Of a stretch of DNA of 64,000 nt, positions 10,148-19,557 are shown piece after piece. Source of the stretch: Patescibacteria group bacterium. Its GTDB lineage: Bacteria > Patescibacteriota > Minisyncoccia > Phycocordibacterales > Phycocordibacteraceae. Where the stretch lies: positions 344,934-408,933 of the forward strand of contig JBBTSZ010000002.1 of assembly GCA_038064495.1 (NCBI GenBank), read 5' to 3'. A program made the position numbers and the translations under genes. How positions within the stretch are numbered: position 1 is the first letter of the stretch; every line of letters begins with the position of its first letter. The notes beneath the pieces are model-generated. The model was not told where the DNA came from. It was given only the letters and a program-made list of their open reading frames with translations, and made no database searches.

Positions 10148-12067
10148 ATGACTGTTTCTGAAGTACGTTCACGCTACCTCGCGTTCTTTGAAGCGCGTGG
10201 CCATAGGGTTATCCCATCTGCCCCAATCGTGCCGGGTAATGACCCGACGACCCTCTTTACTTCTTCCGGTATGCAGCCCCTCGTGCCATACCTCCTTGGA
10301 AAAGACCATCCAGAAGGAAATCGTCTTGTAAATTCGCAGATGTCCTTTCGTGCGGGTGACATAGAAGAAGTCGGAGACAACCGCCATACGACCTTCTTTG
10401 AAATGCTGGGTAACTGGTCACTTGGTGACTACTTCAAAAAGGAACAGCTTCCCTGGATCTTTGAATTTCTAACCAGTAAGGAAGAAGGTCTTGGTCTTGA
10501 ACCAAGTAAACTCTACGTCACGGTATTTGCAGGCGACAAAGATACCGGCATGAAGCTTGATACCGAAGCAGTAGAGCTCTGGAAGGGATTGTTCAAAGAA
10601 AAGGGAATTGACGCTGAGTTTGCAAATATCGGTTCTGAAGCTGATGGGTACGTACATGGCATCAACGGCAATGAACGTATCTTTGCCTACGACGCCAAGA
10701 AAAACTGGTGGAGCCGTGCGGGCATTCCTTCAAATATGCCTGCTGGCGAGCCTGGCGGCCCGGATTCAGAAGTCTTCTATGACTTTGGACTTCCGCACGA
10801 CACTTCGTGGGGTGCAAAGTGTCACCCAAACTGCGACTGTGGCCGCTTTGTTGAGATAGGAAACTCGGTGTTTATGCAGTACGTGAAAAACGAAGACGGC
10901 TCCTTCTCTAATCTGCCAAAACAAAACGTAGACTTTGGTGGTGGTCTTGAACGCCTTACCTTTGCAACACTCGGAACACCCGACGTGTTCCTTATAGACG
11001 TATTTGATGCGCCGAAAAAAGTGCTTGAGGAACGTTCAGGAAAGAAGTACGTTGAGAATGAGGAAACAACACGAGCGTTTAGAATCATTCTTGACCACAT
11101 GCGCGCAGCCTCCTTTATGCTCGCTGAGGGCGTGACGCCTTCAAACACTGAAGCAGGATACGTACTGCGACGTCTGCTTCGTCGAGCTATCCGCGAGACT
11201 GACCGGCTTGGGATAACCGATTCCGTACTTTCGCAAGTCTCAGCAAGCTATTCTGACTCCTATAGAAACCAGTATCCCCATATTGGTGAAGCACGCGACA
11301 CCATTTCTACTGAACTCTTGAAAGAGGAGGAACAATTTCGTAAAACTCTTGTGCAAGGCTTACGTGAGTTTGAGAAATTGCAAAAGAATGGACGCATTAC
11401 AGGCGAAGACGCCTTCATACTGTTTTCAACCTATGGGTTCCCCTTTGAACTCACCGCAGAGCGCGCTTCTGAACTCAACATTTCTATTGATGAGGCTGAA
11501 TTTACCGCTGCCATGGAAAAACACCAGGATACGTCTCGTGCTGGTGGTGCACAGCGCTTTGCGGGTGGACTAGCAGACCATGCCGAGCAGACGGTGCGTT
11601 ATCACACCACGCATCACATTCTTCTCAAAGCTCTTCAGATGGTGCTTGGGGATGAGGTAAAGCAGCGCGGCTCAAACATTACCTCCGAGCGTCTTCGCAT
11701 AGACTTCTCAGCGCCAGGAAAAATGACTTCTGAACAAAAGGAAGAAGTGGAAAAAGTAGTGAACGACGTCATCTACCAAGATTTGCCCGTCACACGTACC
11801 GTCATGCCACGCGAAGAGGCTGAGAAGCTTGGTGCACAGATGGAATTTGGAGTGAAGTATCCTGACATGGTCTCGGTGTATTCAGTTGGTCCTATCCACG
11901 CAACCGATGAACAACCGGATATTCCGAACGCGTTTTCACTTGAATTCTGTGGAGGTCCGCATGTAACGAATACCAAGGAAATTCACGAAGGTGGTAAGCG
12001 TTTCAAAATACAAAAAGAAGAGGCAGTCGCTGCTGGTGTTCGTCGCATAAAGGCGGTAATGGTCTAG
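10148..12067 (+). CDS. alaS: Alanine--tRNA ligase, short form lacking the C-Ala domain
   Basis: LFTSSGMQ, HTTFFEMLGNWS, DFGGGLERL; editing HTTHH and CGGPH; ends at GVRRIKAV. Confidence 0.95.
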   Translation: MTVSEVRSRYLAFFEARGHRVIPSAPIVPGNDPTTLFTSSGMQPLVPYLLGKDHPEGNRLVNSQMSFRAGDIEEVGDNRHTTFFEMLGNWSLGDYFKKEQLPWIFEFLTSKEEGLGLEPSKLYVTVFAGDKDTGMKLDTEAVELWKGLFKEKGIDAEFANIGSEADGYVHGINGNERIFAYDAKKNWWSRAGIPSNMPAGEPGGPDSEVFYDFGLPHDTSWGAKCHPNCDCGRFVEIGNSVFMQYVKNEDGSFSNLPKQNVDFGGGLERLTFATLGTPDVFLIDVFDAPKKVLEERSGKKYVENEETTRAFRIILDHMRAASFMLAEGVTPSNTEAGYVLRRLLRRAIRETDRLGITDSVLSQVSASYSDSYRNQYPHIGEARDTISTELLKEEEQFRKTLVQGLREFEKLQKNGRITGEDAFILFSTYGFPFELTAERASELNISIDEAEFTAAMEKHQDTSRAGGAQRFAGGLADHAEQTVRYHTTHHILLKALQMVLGDEVKQRGSNITSERLRIDFSAPGKMTSEQKEEVEKVVNDVIYQDLPVTRTVMPREEAEKLGAQMEFGVKYPDMVSVYSVGPIHATDEQPDIPNAFSLEFCGGPHVTNTKEIHEGGKRFKIQKEEAVAAGVRRIKAVMV

Positions 12068-12101
12068 TTCTAAACCTACTCTGCCAACCAACTTTAATAT
12101 G

Positions 12102-12132
12102 AAAAAGAAAACCGCTAGCATCGCTAGCGGTT
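12102..12132 (-). terminator. Intrinsic terminator for a minus-strand transcript
   Basis: aaccgctagc-atc-gctagcggtt; U-tract on the minus strand (plus-strand aaaaagaaaa). Confidence 0.75.
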
Positions 12133-12140
12133 GGAAGAGG

Positions 12141-12286
12141 TGGGTGGCAGGCTTAGCCAAGATGGAAGGGTTAACACCCAAAACCTTAAGAGGCTTCTCA
12201 AGCCTCGCTGTTAAGCGAGGCGGCTTAATCCACCTATATCAGCTTATCCCTGCCGGGAGTCTCGTTTGATGTCCTCCTGCCACCCA
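12141..12286 (-). ncRNA. Candidate structured ncRNA, 6S(SsrS)-like rod with bubble
   Basis: Ends pair over 11 bp (tgggtggcagg 12141-12151 / cctgccaccca 12276-12286); internal stems; apical hairpin 12202-12221; bounded by terminators; no credible ORF. Confidence 0.45.
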
Positions 12287-12354
12287 TAGAGATTGTTCCA
12301 TATAGCTCGTTGCTTGCAAGTGAGTTCCAACGTCGTCCCAGACTGCCAGTCGTA

Positions 12355-12396
12355 AAACGAAAACCGCCCAGCAGAACCGAACGGTTCCGTAGGCGG
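12355..12396 (-). terminator. Terminator of the 12410-12847 gene
   Basis: Minus strand ccgcc-tac-ggaacc-gttc-ggttc-tgctg-ggcgg followed by ttttcgtttt. Confidence 0.65.
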
Positions 12397-12409
12397 AATG
12401 AATTGGAAG

Positions 12410-12847
12410 TCAGGATACCGGCTGTTGCATCTCGGCTAGCATGACAAGGCTGCATGTTCCGCCGATTTCGTCGTGCGGTATCTGCTCGAAGTCGAAACTT
12501 CCGAAAAGCTCCGACATCATAGAACGGACTTCACCGGAGATTCTGTCGAATTCCTTCGAAGATCCCATGATGATAAGCATTGAACGTGTTATCGCCACCG
12601 TCTCGATTCCTTGTACCTTGCTCAGCTTCTCGACGAGGAGACCTAGCTCCTCGCTTTGCTCTCGTGCACGGAATACCGAACCTTGCGTATCATCCTCATC
12701 CGCAAAGAAGGCAAAGATAGCCTTCGAACGCAAAGGGAGCTTGAAGGCAGGATCTGTGAACCAAAACAATAAACGATCTTGTGTCCCGATGGTAGGAGTG
12801 AACGTTCCGTACACCGCAAGAGGCGCTATTCCGAATTCGTCTTCCAT
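12410..12847 (-). CDS. Hypothetical protein (C-terminal half weakly Nfu_N-like)
   Basis: 145-aa ORF with GGAG 7 nt before ATG and its own terminator; LVEKLSKVQGIETVAI pattern. Confidence 0.55.
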   Translation of the reverse strand: MEDEFGIAPLAVYGTFTPTIGTQDRLLFWFTDPAFKLPLRSKAIFAFFADEDDTQGSVFRAREQSEELGLLVEKLSKVQGIETVAITRSMLIIMGSSKEFDRISGEVRSMMSELFGSFDFEQIPHDEIGGTCSLVMLAEMQQPVS

Positions 12848-13017
12848 GGCGGTTCTCCAGTAGTTTGATCTAGACAGAATCTATCACATGTTGCAGAGAG
12901 GTTCCACTACAGTCCTCGTACGCTCTAGAACCGAACAACGAGCCACAGATACGCGCCTACAATGAATTCTTACTTAATAGATAGTGTTGAAACAAACGTC
13001 CGCTATACTAGAACGTA

Positions 13018-14154
13018 ATGGGTTTGTTCAATTTTAAGAAAACGAAATCAACCGTCGCTGTTGTTGACGTACGCTCTTCGTCTATTGGAGCAGCGTACGT
13101 GCTCGTGGAGGAGGGTGTCGTCCCGGTCATGGTGCACTATGTACGCTTTCCGCTCGAACCCCATGCAACCGAGCCATTTGAAGAAACATTTACGCGCACC
13201 ATGGACGGGGTGTTGTCAGCGCTCATTGAACGAGGCGGTCCACTGCTTCGTAATGCTACGGGAAGTGGCTCAGTAGATTCAGTACGGGTCTCTTGTACGA
13301 CACCGTGGAGTAGCTCCTACGTGCGGAGTGAAGTGATAGAGAAAGACGTTCCTTTTATCTATTCGAGAGCGCTAGGAGACAAAACAGATGAGCAAAAACT
13401 CCCTGATATGAAACAGGTGAGCGAAATGGTTATTGCAACGCTTCTGAACGGGTACGAGATAACAAATCCAGTGGGCAAGAAGGCTAAGCGAGCAGAATCC
13501 TTCGTACTGTCTTCTTTCATTCGTACAGACCTTATGGACCTGCTCCGTAAAAAGATACGTAAGGCATTTCACCAAGGAGACATAGAGTTTGATGCGTTTA
13601 TGCCAGAGCTATACGCGGTTACGCGTGACTTGTATCCGCATCAACGAGACTTTCTCGTGCTTGATGTGGGTAACGAGGCAACCGATATACTTTTGGTAAA
13701 GCACGGACTCTTGGTATCTATTACCTCACTTCCGCACGGCATAGCAGAAATACTGCGCGCTGCACGCGGCGCAGGCCTCTCCTCACCCACCGTTCCACTT
13801 GCCGGGCCGAGTAGTATGATTGACTCAGCACGTAACTCGGCTTTTGCCACTTCGGTAGCCGATGCACAGGCAATCTGGATAGGTCAAATGAAGTCCTCGC
13901 TTCTTGCCATTGCAAAACTAGAACCACTCCCACGCACCGTGCTTCTTCTTGCAGACGAAAATAATCGCGAATTCCTGAGGAGACTTCTGGATGCACCCGA
14001 GCTTCGTTCACTCTGGCTTTCTGATGAATCACTCGGCGTTCTCCCTATTCTTCCAGCTCAGTTCGCGCCATTCGTGGAGCTTCCTCCGCAGGTTGTGGGC
14101 GACGCAAGCCTGTCACTCTTGGCGCTTGCAGCAGCCAAGCGCTTTAGAGGCTAG
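13018..14154 (+). CDS. FtsA/PilM-like actin-fold protein (divergent)
   Basis: VVDVRSSSI (phosphate-1-like), LNGY, LVLDVGNEATDI (phosphate-2-like). Confidence 0.65.
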   Translation: MGLFNFKKTKSTVAVVDVRSSSIGAAYVLVEEGVVPVMVHYVRFPLEPHATEPFEETFTRTMDGVLSALIERGGPLLRNATGSGSVDSVRVSCTTPWSSSYVRSEVIEKDVPFIYSRALGDKTDEQKLPDMKQVSEMVIATLLNGYEITNPVGKKAKRAESFVLSSFIRTDLMDLLRKKIRKAFHQGDIEFDAFMPELYAVTRDLYPHQRDFLVLDVGNEATDILLVKHGLLVSITSLPHGIAEILRAARGAGLSSPTVPLAGPSSMIDSARNSAFATSVADAQAIWIGQMKSSLLAIAKLEPLPRTVLLLADENNREFLRRLLDAPELRSLWLSDESLGVLPILPAQFAPFVELPPQVVGDASLSLLALAAAKRFRG

Positions 14155-14236
14155 AACCTTCAGTACCCACAGCCACAGCAAGCCTTGTGCTCTGACTGGT
14201 ATACTAAGTCCCATATTCATTAGTAGAGCTATTTCT

Positions 14237-15547
14237 ATGCACAGGGACCTTAATGACATCATTCCTCCTTCTCGCCGACGCCACATTGGCATGGACGGCA
14301 TGGCTCCGGCACCCGTAACGCCACTACCTTCTACCGACCTACCAGCACGCCCTATGGATGCTCCAGCTGCCTACGAGCGCCCATCACCCATGACCCCAGT
14401 ACCACCTGCTCGTCGCTCAAAGTTCTCTATGGGTAGTCGCAGCGGATTTCCGTATGGCACCGCGCTCATAGCGCTTGTGGTCGTACTCATAAGTGCGGGT
14501 GTACTCTATGCCTTCTCTGGCGCAAAAGTCTCCATTGTTCCGGTCATGAATCCTGCAACGATTATGTCTGATTTCTCTGCAACTCTGAATCAAGGCGAGC
14601 TTCCGTTCCAAGTCGTTGGCGTAGAAAAGACGGTGTCGGTTAGTGTCCCAGCTGAGAGCACGGTTACCGCAAATGATCCAGCATCTGGAAAAATTACTAT
14701 CATCAACAAGCAGGCAGCTCCGCAAGCCCTGATTAAGAACACGCGCTTTGCGACCTCAGCTGGCTTGGTTTATCGCATTCATGACTCCGTCTCTATTCCA
14801 GCCGGCGGAAATATCTCCGTATCAGTCTATGCAGACGAGCCAGGCGATAAGTACAACATTGGCCCATCCACCTTTACGGTTCCAGGCCTCAAGGGAAGTA
14901 AGGCATTTGATCTCGTTACCGCGGTTTCTGATAAAGCAATGACCGGAGGATTTTCTGGGACACGTCCGTCAGTTGCTCAAGCAACGAAGGACAAAGAGTA
15001 TGCAAATCTCCAAGCGACGCTCACCACCGAGCTTGAGAAAGACTTAGCGGCAAAAGTTCCTGCTGGATACGTGCTGGTGCCAGGAGCAAGCTTCCCGAGT
15101 TACACACCTGTGCCTGACACAGCAGGTGCCTCAGGCACGGTTGCACTTTCTGAAACCGGTTCCATTACCGCGGTCCTCTTTCCTGAGGAGGCCCTTGCTC
15201 GCGCTATTGCAACAAAAGCTATTGGTACCTATACCGGTCAACCGGTTACGTTGAGTGACGTCAGCCAGCTTCTGGTAAAGCCAGTTGAATCCAGTATTGC
15301 TCCGGACGCAAGTACATTCGCCTTCAACCTTTCAGGTTCTACCACCGTCGTATGGGTCGTTGATGCAGAGAAGATTGCAGCGACGGTTGCATCAAAAACT
15401 CGAGAGTCAGCAGAGCTTGCACTCCGTAGTTTTCCTGAGGTAGACCGAGCCACGCTTGTCTTGAAGCCATTCTGGGCCAGAACCTTCCCGGCAGACCCTG
15501 CGAAAATCAAAGTTACCGTTCAGGGTGCAGAGCCTAGTAACAAATAG
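14237..15547 (+). CDS. Single-pass membrane protein with baseplate-J-like extracellular domain
   Basis: Start moved to MHRDLNDIIPP; Pro-rich N-terminus, one TM, ASGKITIIN..TRF...G, V.ADEPG.KYNI, TGG. Confidence 0.65.
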   Translation: MHRDLNDIIPPSRRRHIGMDGMAPAPVTPLPSTDLPARPMDAPAAYERPSPMTPVPPARRSKFSMGSRSGFPYGTALIALVVVLISAGVLYAFSGAKVSIVPVMNPATIMSDFSATLNQGELPFQVVGVEKTVSVSVPAESTVTANDPASGKITIINKQAAPQALIKNTRFATSAGLVYRIHDSVSIPAGGNISVSVYADEPGDKYNIGPSTFTVPGLKGSKAFDLVTAVSDKAMTGGFSGTRPSVAQATKDKEYANLQATLTTELEKDLAAKVPAGYVLVPGASFPSYTPVPDTAGASGTVALSETGSITAVLFPEEALARAIATKAIGTYTGQPVTLSDVSQLLVKPVESSIAPDASTFAFNLSGSTTVVWVVDAEKIAATVASKTRESAELALRSFPEVDRATLVLKPFWARTFPADPAKIKVTVQGAEPSNK

Positions 15548-15582
15548 GGCCTATAACCTGTCTACTTTCGCACCTCTGGTGC

Positions 15583-15705
15583 AAGGTGGGCGAGAAGTGC
15601 CCAGATGCTAGGCGCTCTTGAGCGAAAGTCTGAGCTGTACTTTTCGTACAGCGAGGGCATAAGCGAGGTGAGCAACACCGCAGATGGGCACTGCTCGTCT
15701 GCCTT
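15583..15705 (+). repeat. Structured ~120-nt intergenic repeat, copy 1
   Basis: Outer IR aaggtgggcgagaagtgccca/tgggcactgctcgtctgcctt; core GATGCTAGGCG...CAACACCGCAGA; apical gctgtac-ttttc-gtacagc. Confidence 0.85.
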
Positions 15706-15717
15706 CTACGGCCTGAG

Positions 15718-15746
15718 TTGACGCTATTTTAACTCCCTGCTACAAT
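15718..15746 (+). promoter_or_regulatory. Sigma70 promoter of the infA-rpmJ-rpsM cluster
   Basis: TTGACG-17 nt-TACAAT with TG extension. Confidence 0.7.
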
Positions 15747-15759
15747 AGCGAGGCTTCAC

Positions 15760-16002
15760 ATGGAGGAAAGTAAGACGAGCGATGCGGTTACAGGCACCGT
15801 AGAAGAGGTGCTCCCGAATTCGCTATTCAGGATTCGTATGCCGCAAGCAGACGAATCAGGAACAGAACCCGGGGAACTTCTGCTCGCCTATCTTTCTGGG
15901 AAGATGCGATTGCACCGAATACGCGTATTGGTAGGGGACACCGTAGAACTGGTCCTTGACCCGTACGGCGGTCGCGCGCGCATTGTCCGACGACTCTCGT
16001 AA
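15760..16002 (+). CDS. infA: Translation initiation factor IF-1
   Basis: GTVEEVLPNSLF, LSGKMRLHRIRVLVGDTV. Confidence 0.95.
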   Translation: MEESKTSDAVTGTVEEVLPNSLFRIRMPQADESGTEPGELLLAYLSGKMRLHRIRVLVGDTVELVLDPYGGRARIVRRLS

Positions 16003-16017
16003 GCACAACCAATTTAC

Positions 16018-16134
16018 ATGAAAGTACGCGCATCTATTAAGGTTCAGCAGCCCGGCGACATCATTGTTCGTCGCGGTGGACGTCTGTATCGCATTAATAA
16101 GCGCAATCCTCGCCGCAAGGCACGACAAGGCTAA
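16018..16134 (+). CDS. rpmJ: 50S ribosomal protein L36, zinc-free type (not in ORF track)
   Basis: Translated by hand: [38 protein letters not shown]; canonical position between infA and rpsM. Confidence 0.92.
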   Translation: MKVRASIKVQQPGDIIVRRGGRLYRINKRNPRRKARQG

Positions 16135-16151
16135 TCTAATTTTCGTACACT

Positions 16152-16532
16152 ATGCGTATCGCCGGAGTTACCCTTCCAGATGACAAGCAGCTCGTATATG
16201 CGCTGCCTATTATCTTTGGTATCGGTCCGACACGCGCAAAAGATATTTTGAACGAGGCAGGTATTGCACTCACAAAGAAGGGTTCAGAACTTACGGCAGA
16301 TGAGGAGCAAAAAATCCGTACGCTTTCTGAAGCGTTTACGATTGAAGGTGAGTTGAAGCGCGAAATCGGTCAGAACGTAAAGCGTTTGAAGGATATTCGT
16401 TCAGCTCGCGGCATGCGTCATGAGCGACGTCTTCCCGTTCGCAATCAGCGTACCAAGACGAATTCACGTACGGTGCGTGGCAACACCCGTAAGACCATGG
16501 GTAGCGGTCGTCGTTCACTAGAGAAGACATAA
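16152..16532 (+). CDS. rpsM: 30S ribosomal protein S13
   Basis: MRIAGV, IFGIG, RGMRH..LPVRNQRTKTNSRT. Confidence 0.95.
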   Translation: MRIAGVTLPDDKQLVYALPIIFGIGPTRAKDILNEAGIALTKKGSELTADEEQKIRTLSEAFTIEGELKREIGQNVKRLKDIRSARGMRHERRLPVRNQRTKTNSRTVRGNTRKTMGSGRRSLEKT

Positions 16533-16549
16533 TTTAGAGCTATTTACCT

Positions 16550-16984
16550 ATGGGAAAGAAACGAATTATCAAGAAATCAGGGCGCGGCATGGACCAGGGG
16601 CGCAAAGAGCGCGCTCTCGGTAAGGCTGTTAAAAAGCGACTTGAACGCGGTGTACTTCACGTTGAAGCTACTTTTAACAACACCAAGGCCGTGCTTACCG
16701 ATGAAAAAGGTAACGCTTTTATGTCTTCTTCTGCAGGTGCACTTGGATTCTCAGGAGCTCGTAAGTCCACTCCCTATGCAGCCGCAAAGGTGGGTGAGCT
16801 TCTCGGAGAGCGAGCTATGGCGATTGGCGTAAAGGAAGCGTCCGTCATCATTCGCGGTGTTGGAGCAGGACGCGAGTCCACACTCCGCGCTTTTTCTGGA
16901 AAGGGCATCACGATTCGTTCTATTAAGGACGCAACCCCAGTGCCCCACAACGGACCACGCGCTCCTAAGCCTCGTCGCGTATAA
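16550..16984 (+). CDS. rpsK: 30S ribosomal protein S11
   Basis: ATFNNT, RKSTPYAA, TPVPHNG. Confidence 0.95.
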   Translation: MGKKRIIKKSGRGMDQGRKERALGKAVKKRLERGVLHVEATFNNTKAVLTDEKGNAFMSSSAGALGFSGARKSTPYAAAKVGELLGERAMAIGVKEASVIIRGVGAGRESTLRAFSGKGITIRSIKDATPVPHNGPRAPKPRRV

Positions 16985-16997
16985 CTCTCATACTGAT

Positions 16998-17612
16998 ATG
17001 AAACTTGGACCAAAATACAAACTAGCGAAACGCCTTGGGGCATCTATATTTGAGAAGACTCAAACGCAAAAGTTTGCGCTTGCGCAGGAGCGCTCCTCAA
17101 TGAACAAGAAAGGGGGTCGCGGACGTGGCCCATCTGAATTCGGTAAGCAGCTTATTGAAAAGCAGAAGGTTCGTATTACCTACGGCCTTTCTGAAAGCCA
17201 GTTCAGCTCCTATGTGCGTGTAGCTATGGGTACGCATGGTGCAAACCCAGCAGAGATTCTCCATCGTCAGCTTGAAATGCGTTTGGACAATATTGTCTAC
17301 CGCCTTGGTCTTACTCCAACCCGTCGTGCTGCTCGCCAAATGGTTTCGCACGGACACATTACCGTAAACGGTAAGAAGACCACGATTCCTTCTCAGGCCA
17401 TCAAGATTGGTGACCGTATCGCTGTGCGTGAGGGCTCAAAGAACCGTGCCTACTTCGATAATTTCTCGGAGAAGTTCATGGAGCGCCCTCTCCCATCATG
17501 GCTTACCTGGAATCCAAAGGAGATGGTTGGGGGTGTGCTCGTGCTGCCGACCAGGGACCTTAGTGATGCGGCAGGAGACCTGCCAGCAGTGCTTTCGTTC
17601 TACAGCCGCTAG
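16998..17612 (+). CDS. rpsD: 30S ribosomal protein S4
   Basis: Start at MKLGPKYK; EKQKVRITYG, LEMRLDNIVYRLG, ARQMVSHGH. Confidence 0.95.
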   Translation: MKLGPKYKLAKRLGASIFEKTQTQKFALAQERSSMNKKGGRGRGPSEFGKQLIEKQKVRITYGLSESQFSSYVRVAMGTHGANPAEILHRQLEMRLDNIVYRLGLTPTRRAARQMVSHGHITVNGKKTTIPSQAIKIGDRIAVREGSKNRAYFDNFSEKFMERPLPSWLTWNPKEMVGGVLVLPTRDLSDAAGDLPAVLSFYSR

Positions 17613-17615
17613 TTC

Positions 17616-17736
17616 GCCATGACTAATGACTTCGTCTGCAGTGTTACGGGTTTCAGCGCTTTCTTCCGCCGTATAGCACATACGTCTCCAGAAATCGCTT
17701 CCCCGCGCCTTGCATACGGAGCCTTTAGTCAGGCTC
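17616..17736 (-). repeat. Structured intergenic repeat, copy 2 (between rpsD and rpoA)
   Basis: Minus strand gagcctgactaaaggctccgt-ATGCAAGGCG-cgggg...cgtat-gtgct-atacg...cccg-TAACACTGCAGA-cgaagtcattagtcatggc. Confidence 0.85.
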
Positions 17737-17775
17737 AGAAATTTTATTAAACAACTAGGTAATTACGATTGAGTT

Positions 17776-18726
17776 ATGGAATACCAAATTACACTTCCGT
17801 CTAAGCCCCGCGTTGTCTCTGAAGAGGGACTTCAGGGCATTTATGAGATAGATTCGCTCTATCCAGGCTACGGCCACACACTCGGCAATTCACTTCGCCG
17901 GATTATTTTGTCATCACTTTCTGGCGCCTCTGTTACGTCGGTAAAGATTGATGGTGTTCAGCATGAATTTGCCACCATGGAAGGCATTCGTGAGTCCGTT
18001 ATGGAGATTCTTCTTAATTTGAAGCGCGTGCACTTTGCACTTCAGGGAGATGAACCACAAGTTATTTCGCTATCGGTAAAGGGTCCTAAGGTAGTGACTG
18101 CTGCAGATTTCACCATGCCAAGTCAGGTAACGATTACAAACCCAGAACAGCACATCGCTGACCTTGCTGGCAAAGTATCTCTTGAACTTGAAGCAACCAT
18201 TGAGCGCGGTCTTGGCTACGTCGCTCGTGAAGTGCTTACCAAGGAAAAGGTGAACATTGGTACGATTGCCCTAGATGCAACCTTCACGCCAATTCGCCGT
18301 GTGAACTACGAAGTAGAAAACATGCGCGTGGGTGACCGAACCGATTTCAATCGTCTCCGCATCTTGATTGAGACGAACGGCACACTCACGCCACGTGAAG
18401 CTCTTGAGCGCTCTATTGAAATCATGATTCATCAGTTGAAGGCAGTGGTTGGTTTCCAGGAGGAAGCTGATGTCTCCGTCTCAGCTGACTTTGCGTCAAC
18501 CGCTCCTGTTGCTTCTGGTAAGGACGCTTCAAAGGTAAAGGTAGATGAGCTTGGCCTTTCTGCTCGCGTCACGAGCGCACTGACCGATAACGGCATCAAG
18601 ACAGCCGCAGGACTTGCCCGCAAGACCCCAAGCGCGCTCAAGGAGCTTGATGGTGTTGGCGACAAGGCAATCGACGAAATCGAAGCTGCGCTTGGCGAAA
18701 TCGGCCTTACCCTCAAGGGCGAATAA
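17776..18726 (+). CDS. rpoA: RNA polymerase alpha subunit
   Basis: GYGHTLGNSLRRIILSSL, HEF, VENMRVGDRTDF; alpha-CTD. Confidence 0.97.
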   Translation: MEYQITLPSKPRVVSEEGLQGIYEIDSLYPGYGHTLGNSLRRIILSSLSGASVTSVKIDGVQHEFATMEGIRESVMEILLNLKRVHFALQGDEPQVISLSVKGPKVVTAADFTMPSQVTITNPEQHIADLAGKVSLELEATIERGLGYVAREVLTKEKVNIGTIALDATFTPIRRVNYEVENMRVGDRTDFNRLRILIETNGTLTPREALERSIEIMIHQLKAVVGFQEEADVSVSADFASTAPVASGKDASKVKVDELGLSARVTSALTDNGIKTAAGLARKTPSALKELDGVGDKAIDEIEAALGEIGLTLKGE

Positions 18727-18768
18727 GTTGAGGATATAAGGGATAGATGATAGGGTAAAGGACTTACT

Positions 18769-19122
18769 ATGCGACACAGCCACAAAGGACGATCATTCGG
18801 ACGCTCGCACGACCAACGCGAGGCTCTTATGCGTGGCTTGGTAAAGTCGCTCGTGATTCATGAGCGCATTAGCACCACGGAAGCAAAGGCAAAGGAACTC
18901 CGCCCCATCATTGAGAAGCTCGTAACCGCATCTCGTAAGGACACGGTTGCAAACCGACGTCTCGTCTCAGCTCGTCTCGGCAACGATGACGAAGTGGTTA
19001 AGAAGCTCTTCGGCGCTATCGCACCACGCTACATGGAGCGTGCTGGTGGCTACACACGCATCACGAAGCGCTCCGCAACCGCTACCGATGGTCGTCAGAC
19101 TGCGTACATCTCGTTCGTATAA
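18769..19122 (+). CDS. rplQ: 50S ribosomal protein L17
   Basis: MRH, ERISTTEAKAKELR, GGYTRI. Confidence 0.95.
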   Translation: MRHSHKGRSFGRSHDQREALMRGLVKSLVIHERISTTEAKAKELRPIIEKLVTASRKDTVANRRLVSARLGNDDEVVKKLFGAIAPRYMERAGGYTRITKRSATATDGRQTAYISFV

Positions 19123-19128
19123 AATCAT

Positions 19129-19530
19129 ATGGCAGTTAAAACAATCAAAACGACAAAGGGCGGACCAGTACAAGGCGGAGACCGTAAGCTCTTCACTATT
19201 GACGCTTCCGGGCGCACACTTGGACGTGTCGCAAGCGAGGCTGCATCCATCTTGCTTGGAAAGCGTTCCGCTTCCTACGTGCAAAACGAAGTACTTCCTG
19301 TTGAAGTAAAGATTACGAATGCCGCACAGCTCAAGATGAGTGAAAAGCGTATCGCTATGAAGGACTACTACCACTACACCGGCTACCCAGGTGGTCTTCG
19401 CACGACGTCTATGAAGATGACGCTTGAGAAGAAGGGTATTCAAGAAGTGCTTCGTAAGGCAGTGGACGGCATGATTCCTCGCAACAAGCTCCGCAAGGAA
19501 CGCATGAAGCGCCTTTCTATCATTGACTAG
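19129..19530 (+). CDS. rplM: 50S ribosomal protein L13
   Basis: IDASGRTLGRVAS, HYTGYPGG, AVDGMIPRNKL. Confidence 0.95.
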   Translation: MAVKTIKTTKGGPVQGGDRKLFTIDASGRTLGRVASEAASILLGKRSASYVQNEVLPVEVKITNAAQLKMSEKRIAMKDYYHYTGYPGGLRTTSMKMTLEKKGIQEVLRKAVDGMIPRNKLRKERMKRLSIID

Positions 19531-19557
19531 GAACTAGTGACGATTAATCAAAGAATT

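Noticed and set aside
14237-15547. Prophage inferred from the baseplate-J-like domain
   Set aside because: The protein is membrane-anchored and isolated among housekeeping genes, with no other phage genes.
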